Source of the DNA: an uncultured Gammaproteobacteria bacterium
Lineage (GTDB): Bacteria; Patescibacteriota; Patescibacteriia; UBA2591; UBA6264
Direction of reading: 5' to 3'
Assembly (NCBI GenBank): GCA_964596735.1
Contig: CAZQVF010000006.1
Coordinates: 24,152 to 88,151 of the forward strand
Length of the DNA: 64,000 nucleotides
Under the pieces are notes generated by a model. The model saw only the letters and a list, made by a program, of their open reading frames with translations. It made no database searches and was not told the DNA's origin. A program made the translations under genes and the position numbers. Within the stretch, counting starts at the first letter, position 1. Each line of letters begins with the position of its first letter. Shown piece by piece: positions 38,967 through 47,956 of this stretch.

Positions 38967-39524
38967 TTAAACCCTTTCAACATATTCCCCTGTGTCTGTA
39001 TTAACCCCAACCAAATCATCTTTTTTTACAAAAATAGGAACAGTTATTTTAGCTTTAGTTTCCAAAACAACAGTCTTTGTTGGAGTTGTTGCAGAATCCC
39101 CTTTGACACTTGGAGGAGCTTCAATAACCTTAAGATTTACTTTTTTAGGCAATTCAACATTAATTGGATTTTTATTAAAAAAGAGAACATCGACCTCAAG
39201 CCCTTCTTTTAAGAATTTTTTCTTATCTGTTAAAGGTTTTAAAGGAAGAAAGAATTGATCATAATTTTGATTATTCATAAAAAAGACCTTTTCTTCTTCA
39301 ATATATAAAAAGTTTGCTTTAATTTTTTCTATATTAGCTTCTGCGACCTTGTCAGAGGCATTAAATGTTTTTTCTAATACTTGTCCCGTGGCAAGATTTT
39401 TTAATTTTGTTCTAACAAATGCCTGGCCGCGGGCCGTTTTAGAATGTTGAGAAAAAATTACTTGATAAGGCTCGTTGTTTAACACAATAACAATTCCTGT
39501 TTTTTTAAGATCATTAACCTGCAT
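38967..39524 (-). CDS. efp: Elongation factor P
   Basis: KTARGQAFVRTKLKNL, KGDSA and NTDTGEYVER motifs. Confidence 0.95.
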   Translation of the reverse strand: MQVNDLKKTGIVIVLNNEPYQVIFSQHSKTARGQAFVRTKLKNLATGQVLEKTFNASDKVAEANIEKIKANFLYIEEEKVFFMNNQNYDQFFLPLKPLTDKKKFLKEGLEVDVLFFNKNPINVELPKKVNLKVIEAPPSVKGDSATTPTKTVVLETKAKITVPIFVKKDDLVGVNTDTGEYVERV

Positions 39525-39529
39525 CTTTA

Positions 39530-39754
39530 TTATTTCTTAACAAATGGAAGTAGAGCCATGATCCGCGCTCTTTTAATTGCTCTAGATAGCTTTCTTTGAT
39601 GTTTAGAGCAGGTTCCTTTTTTGCGTCGGGGAAGAATTTTTTCGTAAGAGGAAACAAATCTACGCAAGATGTCAGTGTCTTTATAATCAATTTCATTAAT
39701 ATTATTGACGCAAAAATAACAATGTTTTTGGTTGTTGTTCTGATGATTATTCAT
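39530..39754 (-). CDS. rpsR: 30S ribosomal protein S18 (zinc-binding form)
   Basis: CYFC, IDYKD and CSKHQR..AIKRAR motifs. Confidence 0.95.
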   Translation of the reverse strand: MNNHQNNNQKHCYFCVNNINEIDYKDTDILRRFVSSYEKILPRRKKGTCSKHQRKLSRAIKRARIMALLPFVKK

Positions 39755-39825
39755 AATTCAAATGGATTAAACAATCTATCGCGAATTAGTAAATTCGTGT
39801 TTTAATAAATTTTATCTTATAGATT

Positions 39826-40248
39826 CTAAAAGGGTATTTCTTCAACGTTAATTTCGTCTGAAACAGGAGCTTCTTCGTTTGGTTTTTCTTCTTTTGGCTG
39901 TTCAATTCCAGTGCCTCCAGGCCTTGGCCCTAACTGGAGCATTTCTGCAACAATTTCAGTTCTTGTTTTTTTATTGCCCTGAGGATCTTGCCAGTTTTTT
40001 GTTTGCAGGCGCCCTTCAATATAAACAAGACCTCCCTTTTTTAGGAACTGTTGAGAGATTTCTCCCAATCTTCCCCAGGCAATTATATTGTGATACTCGA
40101 CCTGTTTCTTCTTTTCACCACTTTCTCTGTCCGTCCAGAAACGATTTGTTGCCAAACTGTATGAAGTTACTGTTTGTCCTGACGGAAGAGTTCTTGTTTC
40201 GGGGTCTCGCGTAAGATTCCCCATAACAATAGCTTTGTTAACATTCAT
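39826..40248 (-). CDS. ssb: Single-stranded DNA-binding protein
   Basis: NKAIVMGNLTRDPE, IEGRLQT and C-terminal EEIPF. Confidence 0.96.
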   Translation of the reverse strand: MNVNKAIVMGNLTRDPETRTLPSGQTVTSYSLATNRFWTDRESGEKKKQVEYHNIIAWGRLGEISQQFLKKGGLVYIEGRLQTKNWQDPQGNKKTRTEIVAEMLQLGPRPGGTGIEQPKEEKPNEEAPVSDEINVEEIPF

Positions 40249-40275
40249 AAAAATTTAAGAAATTATTTATTAATA

Positions 40276-40680
40276 TTATATTTTAAATAAATCGTCAATT
40301 TTTTCTCCCAATTTCTTAAGATCAATTTTTTTGGTACTTTTTCCACTTTTTAATGTTTTTTCTTCCTGTTTTTTTTGAGATAACCGAGTAACCTTTTTTT
40401 TCTCAATTTTTTTAGTTACCAAGTGCCTTAAAATTTCAGGCATTAATTTTAATTTTTGATCTAATTCTTTTAATTTTTTTGGGGCAATTTCAAAATTTAA
40501 TAAAAGATAAAAACCACGATAAATTTGTTTAATTGGATAAGCTAGTTTTTTGTTTCCCAGGTTCTCTTCTTTGCTGATTTTTCCACCTAATTTTTCGACT
40601 ATTTCTTTTACTTTTTTTGAAACATTCGGCAGGTCTTTTTCAGTTAGAGGAGCGGGGACAAGGTACAATAATTCGTACAT
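40276..40680 (-). CDS. rpsF: 30S ribosomal protein S6
   Basis: MYELLY, GNKKLAYPI and ILRHL; rpsF-ssb-rpsR synteny; start set at ATG 40680. Confidence 0.93.
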   Translation of the reverse strand: MYELLYLVPAPLTEKDLPNVSKKVKEIVEKLGGKISKEENLGNKKLAYPIKQIYRGFYLLLNFEIAPKKLKELDQKLKLMPEILRHLVTKKIEKKKVTRLSQKKQEEKTLKSGKSTKKIDLKKLGEKIDDLFKI

Positions 40681-40720
40681 AAACGTTGACAATTATTTAA
40701 TTCTAAAAGACAATAACATT

Positions 40721-41971
40721 ATGACCTATTTTTTTATCTTAGGCAATAACCCAACTTTGTCAATAGCTGAAATTATCAATGTTTTGTCCAAACAGATAGT
40801 TAAGATTGAAAAATTTTCTTCAGAAGTTTTACTAATAAAATTATCAGGAAAGGTCAGTGTATTAGAACTACAAAATCAGCTGGGAGGAACAATTAAGATC
40901 GGACAGATAGTCGACCAGGTTGACCTGAATTCCTTTTCAGATTTAATTAATAAGGTTTGGCAGTTTTTACCTAAGAATTTATCTAATTTATACTTTGGCC
41001 TTAGCACTTATTATTTAGGAGACCAGAAAAGAGATATAAGCAGGAAATTAAAAAAAGCAGCCCTAGAAGTAAAAGCACGTTTTAAAAAACAAGGAGTCGG
41101 TTGCCGCTGGGTCGAGTCTAAAGAAAAGGTATTATCTTCGGTTATACTTCAAAAAAATAAATTATTAAGCCGTGGAACAGAAATAGTTTTTTTAATAGAT
41201 AACAACAAATGTTATACAGGGAAAACCTTAAGTTGCCAGTCTTTTAAAGACTATGCCTTAAGAGATTTTGGTCGGCCAGCCAGAGCCATAAAAAGGGGGA
41301 TGATTCCTCCAAAATTAGGACAAATAATGCTTAATTTAAGCAGAGATTCAGGTTTTTCACTTGAAAAAACTTTAATCTTAGACCCTTTTTGCGGCTCAGG
41401 AACAATCTTGCAAGAAGCGCTTTTAATGGGGTTTAAAAGCATTATAGGAACAGATAAAGACAAACGAACAATTATTAATGCCCAAAAAAACCTAGAATGG
41501 TTGGTACAAAAAATAAAACAGCCTCTAAAGGGCGTCAGGATTTTTTATTCTGATGCGAGAAAGATTAGCAAAAAGATAAGAGCTAAATCAGTGGGGGCAA
41601 TTGTAACAGAACCATATTTAGGTCCTTTAAAATTTTCTTCATCAGAATACAGCTTTATTGTTAGGGAATTAGGACAATTATATCTTTTAGCTTTTGAACA
41701 GTTTAGTAGAATTTTAAAAACAAATAGGAGAGTAGTAATCATTTTTCCAATATTTAAAATCGAAAATAAACAACATTTTTTACCTATTCTAGATAAGCTA
41801 AAAAATCAAGGATGGCAAGTACAACCCCCTATTCCTCATTCTTTATTAAAGAATCCAGTGATTAAAATAACAAAACGGGAATCTATTATTTATTCTAGAA
41901 CAGACCAAAGAGTCTTAAGGGAAATTTTTATATTTAAGTTAGGTAAACATGAGAAAAGAACGAACAATTAA
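40721..41971 (+). CDS. Trm11/THUMP-type RNA methyltransferase
   Basis: RDFGRP, MIPPKL, LDPFCGSGT and VTEPYLG motifs; start set at ATG 40721. Confidence 0.75.
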   Translation: MTYFFILGNNPTLSIAEIINVLSKQIVKIEKFSSEVLLIKLSGKVSVLELQNQLGGTIKIGQIVDQVDLNSFSDLINKVWQFLPKNLSNLYFGLSTYYLGDQKRDISRKLKKAALEVKARFKKQGVGCRWVESKEKVLSSVILQKNKLLSRGTEIVFLIDNNKCYTGKTLSCQSFKDYALRDFGRPARAIKRGMIPPKLGQIMLNLSRDSGFSLEKTLILDPFCGSGTILQEALLMGFKSIIGTDKDKRTIINAQKNLEWLVQKIKQPLKGVRIFYSDARKISKKIRAKSVGAIVTEPYLGPLKFSSSEYSFIVRELGQLYLLAFEQFSRILKTNRRVVIIFPIFKIENKQHFLPILDKLKNQGWQVQPPIPHSLLKNPVIKITKRESIIYSRTDQRVLREIFIFKLGKHEKRTNN

Positions 41972-43721
41972 AGGATTAAAAATTGTTTTCCAGCATCTTG
42001 GCAAGTATAAGGGCGATCTTATTATACTTTCAGTCCTGGGTGTAATTTCAGCCATAGCCAATGGGGTGGTGCCTTATTTGGTCGGTCGTTTTTTTGATTC
42101 AATTTTAGTTCCATCAAGGATTTTTATTGGGGCGATAGTTGAGATGCCTTTATTTTTATTTCTTATTCTAGTATGGGTCGTAGTGCAATTGATAGCAAAT
42201 TTTGTTGATTGGAAAAGTAATGTAAAAAATGCTCATTTGAGCGAGACTATTTATTCAAAATATATTATAAAGGGGTTTGGTACGCTTTTAGAGTTGCCTT
42301 TATCTTTTCACAAGAACCGCAAAATGGGTGATATTTTTGACAGAATAAGCAGGGCAGCTAGCCGGATGGAGCAGATCGTGGGGACTGTAATCATTGATTT
42401 AGCCCCTCAGTTTTTGAGTATTTTAGTCGCTTTGATAATATGTTTTTATGTTAATTATTTTCTAGCCTTTTTTCTTTTATTAAGCGTATTTGTTTATGTT
42501 ATAGTTATTTTTAAAATAGCGCCTCCTTTGATTAGGCTTCAACGTAAAATGCATAGAGCGTATAATATAGCCTTTGGTAGTGCTTATGACGCTGTTTTTA
42601 ACATATCTGCCGTTAAACAAGGGGTGACAGAAAAACAGGAGCATAAAAAGCTTTATAAAAATTTTTATTTAAAAGCATCAAAATTTTGGCAAAAAATGTA
42701 CTCAATCTGGCAAAAAATGAATTTTTATCAGCGTTTAATTATTACCCTTACCCAATTTATCATTTTTGTTTTGTCAGTAATTTTTATTCAAAAAGGAACA
42801 ATGACAATCGGCGAATTAGTGATGTTTAATGGGTATGCAATGATGCTTTTTGGCCCCTTTGTCCAATTGGGTCGGAACTGGCAAACAGTTCAAAATGGTT
42901 TGGTGGCCACAGAAAGAGCAGAGGTTATTTTATCTGTGTCAAAAGAAAAATATATTCCCAAAAACGCGACAATTCTTTCTGATATTAAAGGAGAAGTGGT
43001 TTTTAAAAATGTTAGTTTTGCTTATAAAAAGGAGAATAAAGTGCTTGATAACATTAGTTTTACGGCTAAATCAGGAGAAGTTGTGGCCCTGGTCGGAGAA
43101 TCTGGGGTTGGCAAAAGCACCCTTGTTGATTTGATCTCCGGATATTATTTTCCCCGAAAAGGAAAGATATTAATTGATGGATACGATATTAAGAATTTTA
43201 ATTTAAAATTTCTTAGGAGTAAAATTGCTGTGGTTCCTCAGGAGATTGTTCTATTTAATGATACGATTAAAAATAATATTGCTTATGGAAATTTTTCAGC
43301 TACTGATGAAGAGATAAAAGAAGCAGTGAGAAAAAGTCATGCTAGTGAATTTATAGAGTCATTTCCTAAAAAATATAAGCAGATTGTGGGTGAAAGAGGG
43401 ATTAAGCTCTCAGTTGGCCAAAAGCAAAGAGTAGCTATTGCCCGGGCAATTTTGCGAGATCCTAAAATATTGGTTTTAGACGAACCAACATCAGCCTTGG
43501 ACGCTAAATCAGAAAAATTTATTCAAGAATCCTTAGAAAAGCTAATGAAAAATAGAACAACTTTTATTATTGCCCACCGTTTAAGCACGGTCAGAAGAGC
43601 GGATAAAATTTTGGTTCTTGAAAACGGTAGAATTGTTGAACAGGGCCTGCATCAGGATTTAATTAAGATCCCTAATGGTGTTTATCATCAGCTTTACAGA
43701 TATCAAATCGGCTTGTTATAA
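41949..43721 (+). CDS. ABC exporter, fused permease/ATPase (MsbA-like)
   Basis: TMD plus GESGVGKST, LSVGQKQR, LDEPTSALD and IAHRLST. Confidence 0.92.
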   Translation: MRKERTIKGLKIVFQHLGKYKGDLIILSVLGVISAIANGVVPYLVGRFFDSILVPSRIFIGAIVEMPLFLFLILVWVVVQLIANFVDWKSNVKNAHLSETIYSKYIIKGFGTLLELPLSFHKNRKMGDIFDRISRAASRMEQIVGTVIIDLAPQFLSILVALIICFYVNYFLAFFLLLSVFVYVIVIFKIAPPLIRLQRKMHRAYNIAFGSAYDAVFNISAVKQGVTEKQEHKKLYKNFYLKASKFWQKMYSIWQKMNFYQRLIITLTQFIIFVLSVIFIQKGTMTIGELVMFNGYAMMLFGPFVQLGRNWQTVQNGLVATERAEVILSVSKEKYIPKNATILSDIKGEVVFKNVSFAYKKENKVLDNISFTAKSGEVVALVGESGVGKSTLVDLISGYYFPRKGKILIDGYDIKNFNLKFLRSKIAVVPQEIVLFNDTIKNNIAYGNFSATDEEIKEAVRKSHASEFIESFPKKYKQIVGERGIKLSVGQKQRVAIARAILRDPKILVLDEPTSALDAKSEKFIQESLEKLMKNRTTFIIAHRLSTVRRADKILVLENGRIVEQGLHQDLIKIPNGVYHQLYRYQIGLL

Positions 43722-43799
43722 TAAATGAGTGAAACCCGATTTCAATCATTTAAATATAGAAGGAGAAAGGAGGGGTAAAGAAAATGTTAAAATGAATTT

Positions 43800-44327
43800 A
43801 TGCGTATTGGAATTGATGCCCGGTTTTATGATTTGTCAGTAGGAATCGGGCGTTATACGGAAAAATTAATTACTCATTTAGAAAAAATTGATCAAGTCAA
43901 TGATTATTTTATTTTTCTAACCAGAGGAAATTTTAATTCTTATCAACCGCAAAACCCAAAATTTCATAAAGTTTTAGCCAATTATCGTTGGTATTCTTTT
44001 GGAGAGCAGCTTTTATTTCCTTTTAAGCTCTATAGAGCCAAGTTAGATCTTTTTCATTTTTTACATTTTAATGTACCATTTTTATTCTGTAATAAATTTA
44101 TAGTGACAATTCACGATTTGACTCAAAGAGAATTAACAAAGAAGGCCTCAAAATTACCCCCCTTATTTTTTTATTTTAAAAAGTTATTATATTTTTTAGT
44201 TATTAAAAATGCTATAAAAAAAGCAAAAAAGATTATTGCGGTTTCTGGTTTTACCAAAAAAGAGATAATTAGACATTATAAGATAAAACCAGAAAAGATA
44301 ATTGTTATTTATGAATCAGCAGAATAA
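43800..44327 (+). CDS. GT4 glycosyltransferase N-terminal half (split gene)
   Basis: MRIGIDAR, GIGRY, VTIHDL and IIAVS; stops at the domain boundary. Confidence 0.75.
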   Translation: MRIGIDARFYDLSVGIGRYTEKLITHLEKIDQVNDYFIFLTRGNFNSYQPQNPKFHKVLANYRWYSFGEQLLFPFKLYRAKLDLFHFLHFNVPFLFCNKFIVTIHDLTQRELTKKASKLPPLFFYFKKLLYFLVIKNAIKKAKKIIAVSGFTKKEIIRHYKIKPEKIIVIYESAE

Positions 44328-44883
44328 AATTAAAGAACCATACCTTTTATATGTTGGAAACGCATATCCTCATAAGAATTTAGAGAGATTACTTCAGGCT
44401 TTCAAGATTATTTTGAAAGAAAGTCCAAATTTATCATTAGTTCTAGTTGGTAGAATAGATTATTTTTATAATAGATTACAAGAAAAGGTCAGAGAATTAA
44501 ATTTAGACAATAAAATTATTTTTACTGACAGAATATCTGATAAAATATTAAATGATTTATATAAAAAAGCCTTAATCTATATTTTTCCTTCTTTGTCAGA
44601 AGGATTTGGTTTACCAGGACTAGAAGCAATGAAACAGGGGCTACCAGTTGTTTGTTCAGATAAAGGACCTTTACCAGAGATTTATGGCCAAGCAGCAGTT
44701 TATTTTAATGGAGAAAATATTAAAGAAATGGCTCAGATGATTTTACAAGTAATTTCTAACGATAGTTTAAGAGAAAATATGAGAAAGCGAGGTTATTTAC
44801 AGGTAAAAAAATATTCTTGGCAAAAATGTGCTCAAGAAACATTAGAAATTTATAATCAAGTATTAGAAAGAAAAAAGATATAA
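44311..44883 (+). CDS. GT4 glycosyltransferase C-terminal half (split gene)
   Basis: YVGNAYPHKN and FPSLSEGFGLPGLEAM; ATG 44311 overlaps the upstream half. Confidence 0.75.
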   Translation: MNQQNKIKEPYLLYVGNAYPHKNLERLLQAFKIILKESPNLSLVLVGRIDYFYNRLQEKVRELNLDNKIIFTDRISDKILNDLYKKALIYIFPSLSEGFGLPGLEAMKQGLPVVCSDKGPLPEIYGQAAVYFNGENIKEMAQMILQVISNDSLRENMRKRGYLQVKKYSWQKCAQETLEIYNQVLERKKI

Positions 44884-44900
44884 TCGTATTTTACGACACC

Positions 44901-44928
44901 AAAACTGCTTTATAAAAAGCAGTTTTTT
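44901..44928. terminator. Bidirectional terminator-like hairpin
   Basis: AAAACTGCTTT-ATAA-AAAGCAGTTTTTT between convergent genes. Confidence 0.6.
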
Positions 44929-44970
44929 GTTTTTTTATAAATCTATTGACCATTTCTAGTTGATTTTTTA

Positions 44971-45462
44971 TTATAATTTTTCAGTACCAATTATTTTCGG
45001 TTTAAAGTCTTCATCTAATGATTCTGGAATGGCTCGGATTAATTTTGGCAGTTTTTCTACATAATGATACCGCCATTTTTTCTCTTGTTCAGAAAATTCT
45101 TTTTTCCATTGATTAAATTGTTTTTCTTTTAAGCCATATAAACGGCCATCAAGAGCTGGAATAATAATTTTTTTAATAGTTTCTCTTCGGCGAACCAATA
45201 GTTTGGCCTGATGTCGCCATAATGAAGGTTTTTTTCGATCTTGATAGTTATATTCATAAACAGACTCTTTTAATCCCAAAGTATTTTTAACAGAAAAAAC
45301 TAAATTTCTGTCATTATAGTGCATTTGAAGCTGAAAAACGGCTATTTTTTGTTTGCCTTTATTATGAGAAACCCAACCAAAATAACCTTCTCCGGTAATT
45401 AAACCAGCAATGAAGTCTAAAGAAAGTTTTTTAGTATTTGTAATCTCTGGAATTTTAGCCAT
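44971..45462 (-). CDS. Free-standing single-motif LAGLIDADG homing endonuclease-like protein
   Basis: DFIAGLITGEGYF, FQLQMH..D and IIP...LYGLKEKQFNQW. Confidence 0.78.
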   Translation of the reverse strand: MAKIPEITNTKKLSLDFIAGLITGEGYFGWVSHNKGKQKIAVFQLQMHYNDRNLVFSVKNTLGLKESVYEYNYQDRKKPSLWRHQAKLLVRRRETIKKIIIPALDGRLYGLKEKQFNQWKKEFSEQEKKWRYHYVEKLPKLIRAIPESLDEDFKPKIIGTEKL

Positions 45463-45649
45463 GAATTATAGATTAGATGGCACATGTTCTTTGAAGAACA
45501 ATTTGTTATACTGTATAACATTATATTACATATTATATTAAAATCAACCAGTACTTGTGGATAACTTTTGACTGGTTTCTTCAGTTTAACTGTTGTTTTA
45601 GTGTCGTAAATTATATAACTAAAAAAAGAGAATTAATAAATACTCTTCT

Positions 45650-45690
45650 TAATAGGTTAAAACAGCTTTTTAATAGGCTAAAACAGCTTT
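45650..45690. repeat. Tandem 20-bp direct repeat
   Basis: TAATAGGTTAAAACAGCTTT / TAATAGGCTAAAACAGCTTT, period 21. Confidence 0.7.
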
Positions 45691-46525
45691 ATTTTATATG
45701 AGTTTTTAAAAAATGAAACCCCCCATAAACTCCGGATTTATCTCCTAAACGGTTCTTAAGGATCGGTGGAGATTTAAAAATTAATAGATTTTGTTTAACA
45801 AACTTTCTTAATGGGCTAAAAAATATTCTCCCCTTTTTGCTAAATGAACCGCCAATAATAACAACATGAGGAGACCAAAAAACAATAGTATTTATTACTC
45901 CTTGAGAAAAGTTTTTAGCAAAGTCTTGCCAAATTTTAACATTATTACAATTTTCAGGTTTAATTTTATATCTTTGGTAAAAAGTCTTGCCTGAAACATA
46001 TGACTCAAGACAACCTTTTTGTCTGCAATTAGGAAAGTATTTTCCGTTCAGTCTAACAATTTGATGGCCTGGCTCAAACCCTTGAGCCGATTGATCAATT
46101 TGTTTATTAATAATTCTTGCTCCTCCAATTCCGGTGCCAATTGCAAGGTAGGCAACTATTTTGTATTTTTTTCCAGCCCCAAAAACAGCTTCACCAAGAC
46201 CAGCTAGGGCAGTGTCGTTTTGAATAAAGACAGGGCATTTAAATTTTTTAGATAAGAGCTCAAAGATTGGTTTATTTGTCCATTCTTTAAGGTGTGGGGA
46301 TTTAATTAATTTATTTTTTTTTGTATCAATTATTCCATGAAGGCCGAAGGCAAACCCTTTAATTTGGCTTTGTAGAGTCATTTCCTCAACAGTATTAGTT
46401 ATTTTTTTTATTCCTAAATTAAAATTTTTTCGTGTAGAAAAAATTCTATAGTCTTTAATATCTTTGAGGTTTTTTGAGGTCGCCACACGAGTGTTTGTTC
46501 CACCCGTTTCAATTGAGATAAACAT
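45689..46525 (-). CDS. ROK family sugar kinase
   Basis: ETGGT, QNDTALAGLGE, GTGIGG and EPGH..C..GCLESY motifs. Confidence 0.9.
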   Translation of the reverse strand: MFISIETGGTNTRVATSKNLKDIKDYRIFSTRKNFNLGIKKITNTVEEMTLQSQIKGFAFGLHGIIDTKKNKLIKSPHLKEWTNKPIFELLSKKFKCPVFIQNDTALAGLGEAVFGAGKKYKIVAYLAIGTGIGGARIINKQIDQSAQGFEPGHQIVRLNGKYFPNCRQKGCLESYVSGKTFYQRYKIKPENCNNVKIWQDFAKNFSQGVINTIVFWSPHVVIIGGSFSKKGRIFFSPLRKFVKQNLLIFKSPPILKNRLGDKSGVYGGFHFLKTHIK

Positions 46526-46545
46526 ATTTTTAATTATTTCATTAA

Positions 46546-46616
46546 TGGACCTAGGCAGAATCGAACTGCCGTTTTCGCAATGCGAATGCGATGTACTTCC
46601 ACTGTACTATAGGCCC
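46546..46616 (-). tRNA. tRNA-Ala(CGC)
   Basis: GGGCCTA/TAGGTCC acceptor stem with G3:U70; TCGCA-TTCGCAT-TGCGA anticodon arm. Confidence 0.9.
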
Positions 46617-46642
46617 TTTAATTTATTTTTTAAAGATTCATC

Positions 46643-47080
46643 CTAGGGATAAACAATCCAAACGTTTTCTACTTTGCGAGCAAAATAATCTGGTTTAATT
46701 TTTGATCTTGGCTCCCAATGGAGAGTGGCAGACGTCACTTTATTCTTTTCTTTTTTTAAGAATTGGGTTGCCGCCAATAAAGTGTTTCCAGTATCGGCCT
46801 TTTCATCAACTAAAAGTACATGACGATTTTTAATGTTTTCTCCAGGAAGAGAAATTCTCCTTAGTTTTCCCCTAACCCCGGGTTTTAAATAATAATTATA
46901 ACCAATAACATGTATTTTTTTTATATCTAAAAGATATGACAGAACAGCAGCTGGTATTAATCCACCCCGAGAAACCGCTACTAAACAATCAAAATTTTGT
47001 TTACGCAATTTTTTACTAATAATCAAACAATCCTTAACCAATTGAGGCCAAGAATATAACCTTTTTTTTAATTTAGCCAT
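46643..47080 (-). CDS. Type I phosphoribosyltransferase (Gpt-like)
   Basis: AVSRGGLIPA and VLLVDEKADTGNTL motifs. Confidence 0.85.
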   Translation of the reverse strand: MAKLKKRLYSWPQLVKDCLIISKKLRKQNFDCLVAVSRGGLIPAAVLSYLLDIKKIHVIGYNYYLKPGVRGKLRRISLPGENIKNRHVLLVDEKADTGNTLLAATQFLKKEKNKVTSATLHWEPRSKIKPDYFARKVENVWIVYP

Positions 47081-47097
47081 AAATCTTATTTTCTAAA

Positions 47098-47169
47098 TCC
47101 CCCTGAGAGGAATCGAACCCCTATTTAGGGCTTAGGAGTCCCTTGTTCTATCCATTGAACTACAGGGGG
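47098..47169 (-). tRNA. tRNA-Arg(CCT)
   Basis: CCCCCTG/CAGGGGG acceptor stem; CT-CCT-AA loop; GGTTCGATTCC T arm. Confidence 0.9.
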
Positions 47170-47185
47170 TAGGTAATTTTGTCTT

Positions 47186-47347
47186 TTATTTCTTTATAGT
47201 TAAATCACCTAAATTAACAAGGAAATTAGTCTTAAGATTAATAAAATACAGGGCAATGATAATAACAAGAACAATCAATGCAACAACAATAGTGCTTTTT
47301 AAGTCCCTTTTTAAATTAATTGATTTTTCCTCTATTTGTTTTTCCAT
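47186..47347 (-). CDS. Small single-TM protein, 53 aa (MEKQIEEKSINLKRDLKSTIVVALIVLVIIIALYF...), not in ORF track
   Basis: ATG-to-TAA ORF with a clean TM helix, filling the gap upstream of tRNA-Arg. Confidence 0.55.
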   Translation of the reverse strand: MEKQIEEKSINLKRDLKSTIVVALIVLVIIIALYFINLKTNFLVNLGDLTIKK

Positions 47348-47480
47348 AATTTTTAATTATTCTTCTTTATTTTAGCCAGAGAATCGCTTTTGTCAATATT
47401 TTTAATTGACCTAATGAGTCTATTTTGTTATAATATTAATGTTGATAATAAAAAAATAATAAATCATTAATTTATTTATT

Positions 47481-47882
47481 ATGCTTGGTAAAGATTTTAA
47501 AGTAAAACCTGAAGACGCAGAAACAATAATTGGTACAGGAGTAAAAGTTGAAGGAACCTTTAGTGCTTTTGGCGATGTTATTGTTAAGGGGCAATTGATT
47601 GGCTCTTTGTCAACAGAAAACGATGTCTCTTTAAGAAACAGTGGAATGATTGAGGCTAATATTAGAGCAAAAAACGCTTCAATTGCTGGAGAATTAAAGG
47701 GAAATTTAAGTGTGGACGAAAAAATAGAATTAGCAGCCACAGCTAAAGTTTCAGGCGATATTCATTGTCGAGTTTTAGCGATTGAAGAGGGGGCTATTCT
47801 TAACGGTCGATGTAAAGTCGGCGGAGCAGGCCCAAACAATCTTAAAGAAAAGAAAAAAGAAGACAAAGTTGAAGAGAAATAA
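47481..47882 (+). CDS. Bactofilin (polymer-forming cytoskeletal protein)
   Basis: TIIGTGVKVEG, V.G...G beta-helix repeats and IEEGAILNGRC. Confidence 0.9.
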   Translation: MLGKDFKVKPEDAETIIGTGVKVEGTFSAFGDVIVKGQLIGSLSTENDVSLRNSGMIEANIRAKNASIAGELKGNLSVDEKIELAATAKVSGDIHCRVLAIEEGAILNGRCKVGGAGPNNLKEKKKEDKVEEK

Positions 47883-47956
47883 CCCATTAATTTAATGGTT
47901 ATTTTTTCATAATTTTGTCTACTTATTTGTAGTGATTCATTTATTTGTATTAGTCT

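Larger units (their letters stand above)
44890..45610. mobile_element. Inverted-repeat-bounded cassette carrying a LAGLIDADG gene
   Basis: TTTACGACACCAAAAC (44890-44905) vs GTTTTAGTGTCGTAAA (45595-45610), 15/16 inverted match. Confidence 0.45.

Noticed and set aside
44876-44900. dif/Xer-like site (GGTGTCGTAAA-ATACGA-TTATATCT on minus strand)
   Set aside because: Only loose resemblance, a poor XerD arm, and close to the putative origin rather than the terminus.
45650-45690. Possible CRISPR array
   Set aside because: Only two adjacent units, no spacers and no cas genes; no CRISPR array was seen in the window.
46464-46646. 60-aa ORF (..MDLGRIELPFSQCECDVLPLYYRP)
   Set aside because: It is the antisense translation of tRNA-Ala.
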